NCBI GenBank assembly: GCA_045631965.1
Contig: JAZQVR010000010.1
Span: 1 to 64,000, forward strand
Length of the DNA: 64,000 nt
Source: Acutalibacteraceae bacterium
GTDB lineage: Bacteria; Bacillota; Clostridia; Oscillospirales; Acutalibacteraceae
Direction of reading: 5' to 3'
The notes beneath the pieces were generated by a model. The model did no database searches. It was not told where the DNA came from and saw only the letters and a program-made list of their open reading frames with translations. The translations under genes were made by a program, and so were the position numbers. Of the stretch, positions 10,250 to 17,840 are shown piece by piece; position 1 is the first letter of the stretch, and each line of letters opens with the position of its first letter.

Positions 10250-10981
10250 TTATTCGGCTGAGGGTGGTGCTGTTGTGGATTCGCCCATACCTTGGTTTGT
10301 TGCAGGCTCTTTTTTATCAGCAATGCTACCTTCAAGATTGTTGCTTTCTGCAAACGATACAAGTACGATTCTGTAATCGTTGATCGACATAAGCTTCGGA
10401 ATTTGTTCCTTGGTAAGCGCAAGCGTAAGAACCGAATAACTTGTTATTTCAGTGCCGTTATCCTGCTGTATATTCGCGGTATAATCGCTGATTTTTATTA
10501 CCGGAATATTTTCAAGTGCCGGCACGGCACTTCCCGAAAGCTTATCGTAAATGTTTATGCAGTCGTATTCTTTTATGAAATATGCTACACCGTCTTCGAT
10601 TTCTACGGTTATTGTGTACGCATACATTCCGTTTTCAAGCTGGTATGAAAGCCTGCCTTTTGCTGTTTTTTGTCCTACGGGAATCAGCTTACCTGCCATA
10701 AGCTGTTCGCCCTTAAGGATTTTCACACCTGCCATATAGCCGACTATATCTTCGGCTTTGCTTACCGTTCCGTAGGAAACGCCCGAAGCAGGTATTTTCA
10801 CTTCCCGGAACATATCAGCTGTGAGTATTGTGTTTTCATCTATATCCTGAAGCGCAATCAGAACAACTGCTTCATCAACACCTGTTACGACTTTGCTTGT
10901 TTTCAGCTCATTTGCAAAAAAGTATGTTGCAAGGCCTGCCGCAAGAGCGATTACAACCGCTATAAGATAAATTTTTTTCAT
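10250..10981 (-). CDS. cpaB: Flp pilus assembly protein CpaB/RcpC (SAF domain)
   Basis: N-terminal membrane anchor, 243 aa, operon position between tadE and tadZ. Confidence 0.65.
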   Translation of the reverse strand: MKKIYLIAVVIALAAGLATYFFANELKTSKVVTGVDEAVVLIALQDIDENTILTADMFREVKIPASGVSYGTVSKAEDIVGYMAGVKILKGEQLMAGKLIPVGQKTAKGRLSYQLENGMYAYTITVEIEDGVAYFIKEYDCINIYDKLSGSAVPALENIPVIKISDYTANIQQDNGTEITSYSVLTLALTKEQIPKLMSINDYRIVLVSFAESNNLEGSIADKKEPATNQGMGESTTAPPSAE

Positions 10982-11024
10982 AACTGACAGTCACCTTTCC
11001 GTGGTGTATCCGGATTTGTTTCCG

Positions 11025-11450
11025 CTACACATATGATTCTACTTTCATTGTTACTGTTGAGGTCAACGTTTTTTCTTTACCGAGTATGGTGCTCAATACC
11101 GGTGTGAAGAATGAAATATCAGCCTGCATACTGACTTCTACATCTCCTGATGTCGGATCTGAAGGCGATGTATATGTAATCTTGATATCCACACCGTCAT
11201 TTGCAAATACATTTGTTGAAAGATTTTCAATGTGATTTATTATTGCCTGAGTATCGGCATTCTCTTCGGTGTGAACTACGGCATACCTTGCACCTTCGCG
11301 GCAGGCATTGTTGAGCGAAAGCTGATTATAAAACAGCCAGCCGAAATCAATGATACCGCACAGGATCAGAAGAAAAATCGGAAGAATCAGCGCAAATTCA
11401 ACCATTGACTGGCCGTCTTCGCGTTTGAACTTCCTTAACCTTTTCTTCAT
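11025..11450 (-). CDS. tadE: TadE-like pseudopilin
   Basis: N-terminus SMVEFALILPIFLLILCGIIDFGWLFY matches the TadE-like domain. Confidence 0.7.
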   Translation of the reverse strand: MKKRLRKFKREDGQSMVEFALILPIFLLILCGIIDFGWLFYNQLSLNNACREGARYAVVHTEENADTQAIINHIENLSTNVFANDGVDIKITYTSPSDPTSGDVEVSMQADISFFTPVLSTILGKEKTLTSTVTMKVESYV

Positions 11451-11473
11451 TTTCCGTCACCTCCACCTTGGTT

Positions 11474-11512
11474 TTTAGCATTAAAGGGTAAGCTCGCTCA
11501 GCGAGCGAACTT
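11474..11512 (-). terminator. Intra-operon hairpin (attenuator/partial terminator) between flp pilin and tadE
   Basis: Extended palindrome gggtaagctcgctcagcgagcgaacttaccc immediately downstream of the flp stop on the transcribed strand. Such placement is typical of structures that uncouple pilin from machinery expression. Confidence 0.4.
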
Positions 11513-11566
11513 ACCCTTGACGAGTTACTTAGTATTTTTAAGTAAGGAATTAATAAGCGTGATTTC

Positions 11567-11761
11567 TTATGTACCTGAAGCTGTTGTTGCGGCTTCCTGG
11601 CCGATATCATCAATGCTGTCATTTACCTGGTCAAACAGATCACGTACCTTCGGACCGAGTGCTACAAGAGCAACGATAACAACGATTGCGATAAGACCTA
11701 TAATGAGACCGTACTCTACCATACCCTGACCTTCTTCGTCTTTAAACCATTTTCTTAACAT
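11567..11761 (-). CDS. flp: Flp/Fap-family pilin (copy 1)
   Basis: 64 aa. Flp signature G/QGMVEYGLIIGLIAIVVIV (G-XXXX-EY prepilin peptidase site followed by a hydrophobic helix). Confidence 0.85.
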   Translation of the reverse strand: MLRKWFKDEEGQGMVEYGLIIGLIAIVVIVALVALGPKVRDLFDQVNDSIDDIGQEAATTASGT

Positions 11762-11891
11762 AACTTTTTCCTCCTTAAATGTAATTGTGTTTTTTACTTT
11801 GACGGTTGTGTTAATCTGTTTACTTCTCAGTTTCGGTTTAACGTTCTTACTTTAAAGGCATCATAAGGTTTTGCTGTACGGATTTCTACTG

Positions 11892-12086
11892 TCAGGTACC
11901 TGAAGCTGTTGTTGCGGCTTCCTGACTGATATCATCAATGCTGTCATTGACCTGGTCGAACATATCGCGGATCTTCGGACCGAGTGCTACAAGAGCAACG
12001 ATAACAACGATTGCGATAAGTCCTATGATGAGACCATACTCAACCATACCCTGACCTTCTTCGTCCTTGAACCATTTTCTTAACAT
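11892..12086 (-). CDS. flp: Flp/Fap-family pilin (copy 2, tandem duplicate)
   Basis: 64 aa, 61/64 identical to copy 1 (KIRDM vs KVRDL; S vs G). Confidence 0.85.
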   Translation of the reverse strand: MLRKWFKDEEGQGMVEYGLIIGLIAIVVIVALVALGPKIRDMFDQVNDSIDDISQEAATTASGT

Positions 12087-12151
12087 TGTTCTTGCCTCCT
12101 TTATAATTTTTGTTTTTTTATTTTACCCTTTTCGCGGGTCAATTCCTGTTT

Positions 12152-12835
12152 TTAAAAGAGTGATGAGAAAACCTGCTGTGAAAGTTCACCGAACAGCGGG
12201 AAGAGAACCGTTACCACTGTACCGAGTGAAAGATAGGGACCCATGGGAACCGAAGTTTTAAGCGAACCCTTTTTGGTTACTACCAGATATACCAAAAAGA
12301 TCATCAAGCCGACCGCCATAATCAGTGCTGCCTGAAGGTATCCGAAAGCACCAAGACAGTAGCCGATTGCCGCGCTGTATTTTACATCGCCTGTTCCTAT
12401 CGGTATGCCTATAAGCATAGGCAGCTGATAGAGAATGAAGCCTGCTGCAAGACCTATAAGTGAAGGAATCAGTACTTCCTTTACCGGGGATCCTGTTGCG
12501 ATTGCGTAGACGATTGCGACGGTTCGGATTATCAGAAGAGCGAGTACAGAAGAATTAGGTATCTTTTTGATATCCAGATCTACAACGCCGATTGAAATTG
12601 CTACCGAAATGTAAGCAATCGCTTCGAGCCTTGCAGCTGTTTCGCTGTACCTCATAAAAGTTACCGCAAACAGAACTCCCGAGATCAACACCCAGGCAAC
12701 TATCAGAGCGATGTTCTTAACCGCTTCGACTTTCGAGGTTTCCTGTGTACGGTGTTTAATCTGGAAAATTGCTATCCGGTTAAAGGCCAATGCCGCGAGT
12801 GTACCGAGCGCTCCGCCGTAAATTGTTTCAACCAT
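12152..12835 (-). CDS. Prepilin peptidase (A24 family, TadV/CpaA-like)
   Basis: 227-aa polytopic membrane protein with conserved Asp-containing segments (VVDLDIKKIP ... GTGDVKY). First gene of the tad operon. Confidence 0.75.
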   Translation of the reverse strand: MVETIYGGALGTLAALAFNRIAIFQIKHRTQETSKVEAVKNIALIVAWVLISGVLFAVTFMRYSETAARLEAIAYISVAISIGVVDLDIKKIPNSSVLALLIIRTVAIVYAIATGSPVKEVLIPSLIGLAAGFILYQLPMLIGIPIGTGDVKYSAAIGYCLGAFGYLQAALIMAVGLMIFLVYLVVTKKGSLKTSVPMGPYLSLGTVVTVLFPLFGELSQQVFSSLF

Positions 12836-13244
12836 CAGCTTTCACCTCCCGCTTTTGTTCGGAAGCTTGTCGCTTCCTCTTTGCAACTTTATGGTACACC
12901 CGCCAATTGTCGAAGTCAAACAATAGTTTTTCACATTGTGGAAAACTATTAGTCAAATTGCACAATACGCAAATAGTGGGGTTTTTAGCGTGAAAACGCT
13001 GTTTTGCATACAATCCTTCTTATTACAAATATTTTTAAAATAAAAGCCGTTAAATGCAAGAAAAATTGCAAATTTCTTCTCTATTTTGCACAAAAGAAGT
13101 TCAATACCGAAATATACAGCGAAATATGCATTTTTCATCCGTTTTTCGTATATTTAACCGCATATCAGCCCAAACAGTACCGTTTGACTGCATAAAGTTT
13201 AGAAAATGTTTAGAGATGGTTTTTGAAAAAATTGCAGATTTAGT

Positions 13245-13273
13245 TTGCAATTGTCGCACAAACGCTGTATAAT
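13245..13273 (+). promoter_or_regulatory. Putative sigma-A-type promoter for the LuxR-family regulator gene
   Basis: TTGCAA (13245-13250), 17-nt spacer, then TATAAT (13268-13273) preceded by TG. It lies about 50 bp upstream of the ATG at 13326, inside the 490-bp AT-rich region shared with the divergent tad operon. Confidence 0.45.
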
Positions 13274-13325
13274 AGAAATGCAATCAGCGTGAGAACGACG
13301 GATACATAGCGAAAGGTGGTAAAAT

Positions 13326-14564
13326 ATGAACAAATTAACCGTTCAGCAAGCCGCAGAAAAGTGGAATATATCCGTAAGGAGAGTGCAGGATTACTGCAGA
13401 CTCGGCAAAATACCCGGTGCAGAACGTCTGGGCTCAAACTGGCTTATACCGGCAGATGCAATCCGTCCCGTTGACGGCAGAAGCAAAACCGCAAAGCTTG
13501 ATGCACAACGCGATATACCTATGCCGCGTAAAAGTCCTTTCCTTGATATGACAGACCTTTATTCAGAACCCGGTACGGCAAATAAATGTATATTTGCTCT
13601 TTCAAGTAACCCTGAAGCTCAGGCGCTTTTTTCTGCGGAAATAGCATACAGGCGCGGCGAAATAGACAGTGTATACAGATATGTACAATACTTTTTTGAT
13701 AAACATTCCGGCTTGTATTCCGTTATCGGCAGCGGTATGCTGCTTTCGCTTTGTGCAATGTGGACGGGTGACATCAATATGTGGCGACGAGCAAGAAAGC
13801 ATATTTGCGAAGCACCCGTAAAGAACAGTACCGAGCGTGATATCCTTGCTCTTTCACTTGCTGCAACCGACAGCGCAATACGTGCTACGGAAGATTTTCC
13901 CGAATGGTTCAAAAGAGGCTGCTTTGACAGCCTTCCCGTTGATGCTCGCCCTGCAGCTATGGTATATTATCTTAAATACCTTATTGTTTACGCACAGGAG
14001 CTTGCAACAGGCGAGCTGAAACTGCAGAATATACGCGGTCTCGGTCTGATGAGGTGTGTGCCGTATATTGCCGAGCCGATGATAACTGCAGCTCATAGCG
14101 ACGGTTATCTGATTCCTGAAATATATCTGCGCCTTATGTGCGCAATCGCCTGCCAGCAGTGCGGCGATACGGGCAGGGCAATATATCATCTTGATATAGC
14201 AATAGAATACTGCCTTGCAGATGATTTGTTCGGTCTGCTTGCAGAGCAACGCAGACAGCTTGGCAAAATTCTTGATGAAAGACTTGCGCTTGTTGACCCG
14301 TATGCCGTAAAGCGTGTAAAGGATCTGCACAAACGTGTGCATACCGGTTGGACAATTATCCACAACGCAATACTTGAAAGAACAGTTAACGTTGCCCTTA
14401 CTCTGCGCGAACGTGAAATAGCCCGCCTTGCAGTATTCGGACTTACCGACAGACAGATAGCAAATCAGCTTGATATGCCTGAATCACAGGTAAAAAGTAT
14501 GCTCAAATCCGCAAAAGAAAAGACCGGAGTTGATAAACGCTCCGATCTGGCAATGTATATTTGA
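13326..14564 (+). CDS. LuxR-family transcriptional regulator: N-terminal MerR/excisionase-like HTH, central helical domain, C-terminal LuxR-type HTH
   Basis: The C-terminus LTLREREIARLAVFGLTDRQIANQLDMPESQVKSMLKSAKEKTG is a GerE/LuxR HTH. The N-terminus LTVQQAAEKWNISVRRVQDYCRLGKIPGAER is a second HTH. Divergent to the tad operon. Confidence 0.7.
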   Translation: MNKLTVQQAAEKWNISVRRVQDYCRLGKIPGAERLGSNWLIPADAIRPVDGRSKTAKLDAQRDIPMPRKSPFLDMTDLYSEPGTANKCIFALSSNPEAQALFSAEIAYRRGEIDSVYRYVQYFFDKHSGLYSVIGSGMLLSLCAMWTGDINMWRRARKHICEAPVKNSTERDILALSLAATDSAIRATEDFPEWFKRGCFDSLPVDARPAAMVYYLKYLIVYAQELATGELKLQNIRGLGLMRCVPYIAEPMITAAHSDGYLIPEIYLRLMCAIACQQCGDTGRAIYHLDIAIEYCLADDLFGLLAEQRRQLGKILDERLALVDPYAVKRVKDLHKRVHTGWTIIHNAILERTVNVALTLREREIARLAVFGLTDRQIANQLDMPESQVKSMLKSAKEKTGVDKRSDLAMYI

Positions 14565-14658
14565 TTTTACTGTTAGGTCAATGACGATATCCCGATTCAA
14601 GCAGCATCTCCGAAATCGTGAATTGAATCGGAACTCATTATAACTCCTCCGATAAAAA

Positions 14659-14695
14659 AGCACCTTTGCTTGCATAACCTGCAAGCAAAGGTGCT
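14659..14695. terminator. Bidirectional rho-independent terminator
   Basis: Perfect 15-bp stem agcacctttgcttgca-taacc-tgcaagcaaaggtgct with an A-run 5' and a T-run 3', between the convergent stops at 14564 (+) and 14707 (-). Confidence 0.6.
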
Positions 14696-14706
14696 GAATT
14701 TTTATG

Positions 14707-15351
14707 TTATATTGTGTTCTTTGAGAAGATATTTCTGCGATCAATCTCAGCCGCAATTGACTTGATATAATCGGCAGCATCAAACTGTGCGTTATCGATA
14801 TTATCATCGAGAATGATTAACATCTGGCGAATCTCGGCATCCTTTTCCGTAACAACGCAGTCATTGGAAAAGTGAAGCTTTTCTTCGAGAGCGGTTAATT
14901 CTTTCTTGAACTTCTGAGCACCGGGCTTTACCATTACGCATTTAACCAGCTTGCGCATTTCAAGCATGTTGGCCTTTGCACTCTGGACAACATCATCCTC
15001 CTGCTTTCTCTTATTGGAAAAATTCCAAAGGAAAGAGCCGACGGTAAGAAGAGCAATAAATGCTACGATATAGAATGCAAAATATGTGAGGTATCCCTCG
15101 GGGAAATTCACAATATATACTAACGAAAGAATTACAGCTATCGGAACCATTACAGCAGCGCTGATAGCAGCCGTTAACTTTCTGGGGTCACCCTTGGACA
15201 TATAGAATAAGCAAGCTGCAACACCTTCAGCAAGTACAACGCCGAAAAGAGTGATAAGGCACATTGCTTCTAAGAAAGAATCTCCTAAAATGGCAAGGTA
15301 TAAAACAATGGTAATTACAATAGAAGCTATACCACCAATAATGCTATACAT
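14707..15351 (-). CDS. Membrane protein (4 TM helices plus cytoplasmic helical tail); possible YdjH-like partner of the SPFH protein
   Basis: Hydrophobic N-terminal half and charged C-terminal half. Starts 16 bp downstream of the SPFH gene stop. Confidence 0.45.
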   Translation of the reverse strand: MYSIIGGIASIVITIVLYLAILGDSFLEAMCLITLFGVVLAEGVAACLFYMSKGDPRKLTAAISAAVMVPIAVILSLVYIVNFPEGYLTYFAFYIVAFIALLTVGSFLWNFSNKRKQEDDVVQSAKANMLEMRKLVKCVMVKPGAQKFKKELTALEEKLHFSNDCVVTEKDAEIRQMLIILDDNIDNAQFDAADYIKSIAAEIDRRNIFSKNTI

Positions 15352-15366
15352 TTTTGTTACCTCCTG

Positions 15367-16638
15367 TTAATCCGCTTTTGATCCGCAATTACTGCAGAAC
15401 TTGGTTCCGTCTGCAAGTGCAGCTCCGCAACCGGGACATTTCTTCACCATAGACTTGCCGCAACCGGGGCAGAATTTTGCATTCGGCTCTAATGTGCTGC
15501 CGCAATCCGGGCAAATCACCTGACCGCAGCCGGGGCACTTGTTTGAACCCTCCGGAACATCTGCACCGCAGTTTTTGCAAGCATTAATCTTTTTGCCGCA
15601 ATCAGGACAGAATTTTGCACCTGCTGCATATGATGTACCGCAAGCTGAACACTTCAGTTCAGACGAAGCTTTTTGTGTATTAGCACCGCATTCGGGGCAG
15701 AACTTCAAGTTTTCAGCAATTTTAGCACGGCAAGAAGGACATTCTTTTGTGTTACCCTGGGTTGATAATACAGAGCCCATATTGCCTGCAGCATTTCCGA
15801 CTGCACCGCCGATGCCGAAACCGATGCCTGCACCGATACCTGCGCCCATAACGCCACCTGCAGCACCCTGATTTCCCGCAGCAGTATTCAATGTATCGAA
15901 AGTTCTTTCCTGCTGATAGTTGAAGCCGAGGATATCCATCTCAGCTTTCTTGGCAAGAGCTTCTTTAAGCTTCTTTACGGCAGGATCGTTTTCGGGAACA
16001 CTGATATCATTGATATAGAAAGAGTGTACATTAATTCCGAATTCGGAAAACTCGTACTGAAGCTGTTCGCTGAGAGCAAATGATATCTCTTCCAGATGTG
16101 AATTGATTTCCAGTATTGAAATTTTGGAATCAACAAGACATGATGAAAGTCTATCTTTGACTCGTGTAACATATAATCCTCTGAAGTAGTCAGAAAGAGT
16201 CTGCTTATTGAAGAAATTCATCGTGCCGACGAGTTTTGTAAGGAATCGTCTGGAATCTTCAATCTGTATACCGAACTGACCGAAAGCTCTCAACGGTACA
16301 AAAACACCGTACTTGGGATCCTGAACCTGTATAGGTGTTGTTGTACCCCATTTAATATCCAGCGCAAAAGCTTTGTTGATAAACCAAACTTCAGCAGAGA
16401 AAGGAGATTTACCGCCAAAGGGAATATTGACAAACTTCTGCAAAACCGGAATATTGTCAGTCGTGAGCTTATAATGACCGGGACCGAAAACGTCACAGAT
16501 CTGACCGTTTTTTACCAGAACAGCCTCTTGTGATTCGTTAACAATAAGCTGTGTCCAGGTCGACAACTCTGTGTTGGGATATCGCCAGGCAAAAATGCTG
16601 GCATCCGAATTAAATTTTAATACATCAACAATCGCCAT
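15367..16638 (-). CDS. SPFH/band-7 protein of the YdjI type fused to a Gly-rich linker and a C-terminal array of ~5 Zn-ribbons
   Basis: The core AEVWFINKAFALDIKWGTTTPIQVQD...FGINVHSFYINDISVP aligns with B. subtilis YdjI (AEVLFVNTKEFTVRWGTKQAINIP...). The C-terminus holds repeated CPxCG...CPxCG pairs (CPSCRAK..CPECG, CSACGT..CPDCG, CKNCGA..CPGCG, CPDCGS..CPGCG, CPGCGA..CSNCG). Start is taken at ATG 16638, which has the RBS GAGAGGTG; the longer ORF extension lacks one. Confidence 0.75.
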   Translation of the reverse strand: MAIVDVLKFNSDASIFAWRYPNTELSTWTQLIVNESQEAVLVKNGQICDVFGPGHYKLTTDNIPVLQKFVNIPFGGKSPFSAEVWFINKAFALDIKWGTTTPIQVQDPKYGVFVPLRAFGQFGIQIEDSRRFLTKLVGTMNFFNKQTLSDYFRGLYVTRVKDRLSSCLVDSKISILEINSHLEEISFALSEQLQYEFSEFGINVHSFYINDISVPENDPAVKKLKEALAKKAEMDILGFNYQQERTFDTLNTAAGNQGAAGGVMGAGIGAGIGFGIGGAVGNAAGNMGSVLSTQGNTKECPSCRAKIAENLKFCPECGANTQKASSELKCSACGTSYAAGAKFCPDCGKKINACKNCGADVPEGSNKCPGCGQVICPDCGSTLEPNAKFCPGCGKSMVKKCPGCGAALADGTKFCSNCGSKAD

Positions 16639-16731
16639 TAATATACACCTCTCATAAATATGCGCATTGTTTTTTAGACAAAGATGATTATACAACTTAC
16701 TAAAAAAAAAGTCAATATTTGTAAAAAACAC

Positions 16732-16760
16732 TTGAAAAAAGTTTTTTTACGATATATAAT
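16732..16760 (+). promoter_or_regulatory. Putative sigma-A promoter for the TM2-domain gene
   Basis: TTGAAA (16732-16737), 17-nt spacer, consensus TATAAT (16755-16760), about 40 bp upstream of the ATG at 16802. Confidence 0.45.
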
Positions 16761-16801
16761 ATGTGCGAAACCAAAATTTTATACAAAAGGGGTATTAAAT
16801 T

Positions 16802-17200
16802 ATGAGCAGCTATTGTCCTCAGTGCGGTGCACCTGTTGCAGCTAACGCTGTAAAATGTGATTACTGTAACGCACCTATCGCAAACAACGCACAGCCTGTA
16901 AATCCTGTTGTAAATCCTGTAAATCCTGCACAGCCTCAGGTTGTTGTTGTACAGAACGGCGGCTACAACGAAAGAGCAAACTGGCCTATCAAGAATAAGC
17001 TTGTTGCAGGCTTGTTGGCTATCTTACTGGGCGGTATCGGTGTCCACAAGTTCTATCTTGGCGAAAGCGGTAAAGGCGTTTTATATCTCCTTCTCTGCTG
17101 GACCGGTATTCCCGCTATCATTGGCCTTATCGAGGGTATCACAATCCTCACTTCCACTGATGAGAATTTCCAGATCAAGTACAGGTGCCGCATAGGCTAA
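16802..17200 (+). CDS. N-terminal Zn-ribbon plus TM2-domain membrane protein
   Basis: CPQCGAP...CDYCNAP ribbon and a Pro/Val/Asn-rich linker. TM2 signature LLAILLGGIGVHKFYLG...GIPAIIGLIEGI. Confidence 0.7.
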   Translation: MSSYCPQCGAPVAANAVKCDYCNAPIANNAQPVNPVVNPVNPAQPQVVVVQNGGYNERANWPIKNKLVAGLLAILLGGIGVHKFYLGESGKGVLYLLLCWTGIPAIIGLIEGITILTSTDENFQIKYRCRIG

Positions 17201-17216
17201 CTTAAAAACCGCAAAC

Positions 17217-17250
17217 AAAAACGGAGCAGTTTTTCTGCTCCGTTTTTTGT
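17217..17250 (+). terminator. Rho-independent terminator
   Basis: aaaaacggagcag-tttt-ctgctccgtttttt directly after the TM2 gene stop (17200). Confidence 0.7.
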
Positions 17251-17427
17251 TTGCCGTAATTTCATCCGTTTTTTCAAAAGCCGATGCAGTGCCTGACGGT
17301 CAAAAGTGCAAAACTATAAGTTTTTTTGCGGATTTTTTTGTGAAAATAAGATAATTTTTCTTGATATATATTAATAATTATGTTAAAATATTTAGAAAAG
17401 TAATGTTATTTTAAAATTTTATTTAAT

Positions 17428-17736
17428 ATGACTATTTCAAATACTGATGAGAAGGAGATTTTTGTTTTGACTATATTATACATTTATCTTACCATCATCA
17501 ATATTATTGCACTGGCAGCTATGGCAATCGATAAGCTTCGGGCACGTCGCCACCGCTGGCGTATTCCGGAGCACACCTTATTACTCATCGCGGCCCTTGG
17601 CGGCAGTGCGGGTTCACTCATCGGTATGTTGCTTTTTTGGCACAAGGTACGCGACAAAAAGTTTGCAATCGGTCTGCCTGTTATGCTGGCAGTACATCTT
17701 GCACTTGCTTTTATAATTGTTCAGTTTTCGGGTTGA
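17428..17736 (+). CDS. DUF1294 family small membrane protein
   Basis: The motif RHRWRIPEHTLLLIAALGGSAGSLIGMLLFWHKVRDKKF matches the DUF1294 signature. Confidence 0.6.
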   Translation: MTISNTDEKEIFVLTILYIYLTIINIIALAAMAIDKLRARRHRWRIPEHTLLLIAALGGSAGSLIGMLLFWHKVRDKKFAIGLPVMLAVHLALAFIIVQFSG

Positions 17737-17840
17737 TTCACCCATCCATTGAACACTTAGCATATATCAGCCCGACATTTTATCAACCGTATTACCAAAT
17801 ACGGCTATCTATTATGTTTGTGATGACAGAGGAGAAAAAT

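Noticed and set aside
16639-16731. Upstream extension of the SPFH ORF (MFFTNIDFFFSKLYN...)
   Set aside because: It is AT-rich and of low coding quality. The ATG at 16638 has a GAGAGGTG RBS and aligns with the YdjI N-terminus.
17637-17840. Long N-terminal extension of the Hsp70-like ORF (track ORF 17637-19586) overlapping the DUF1294 gene
   Set aside because: The extension has no RBS and reads through another gene's frame. A canonical GAGGAG-N7-ATG start at 17841 gives an N-terminus matching the Hsp70 phosphate-1 motif position.
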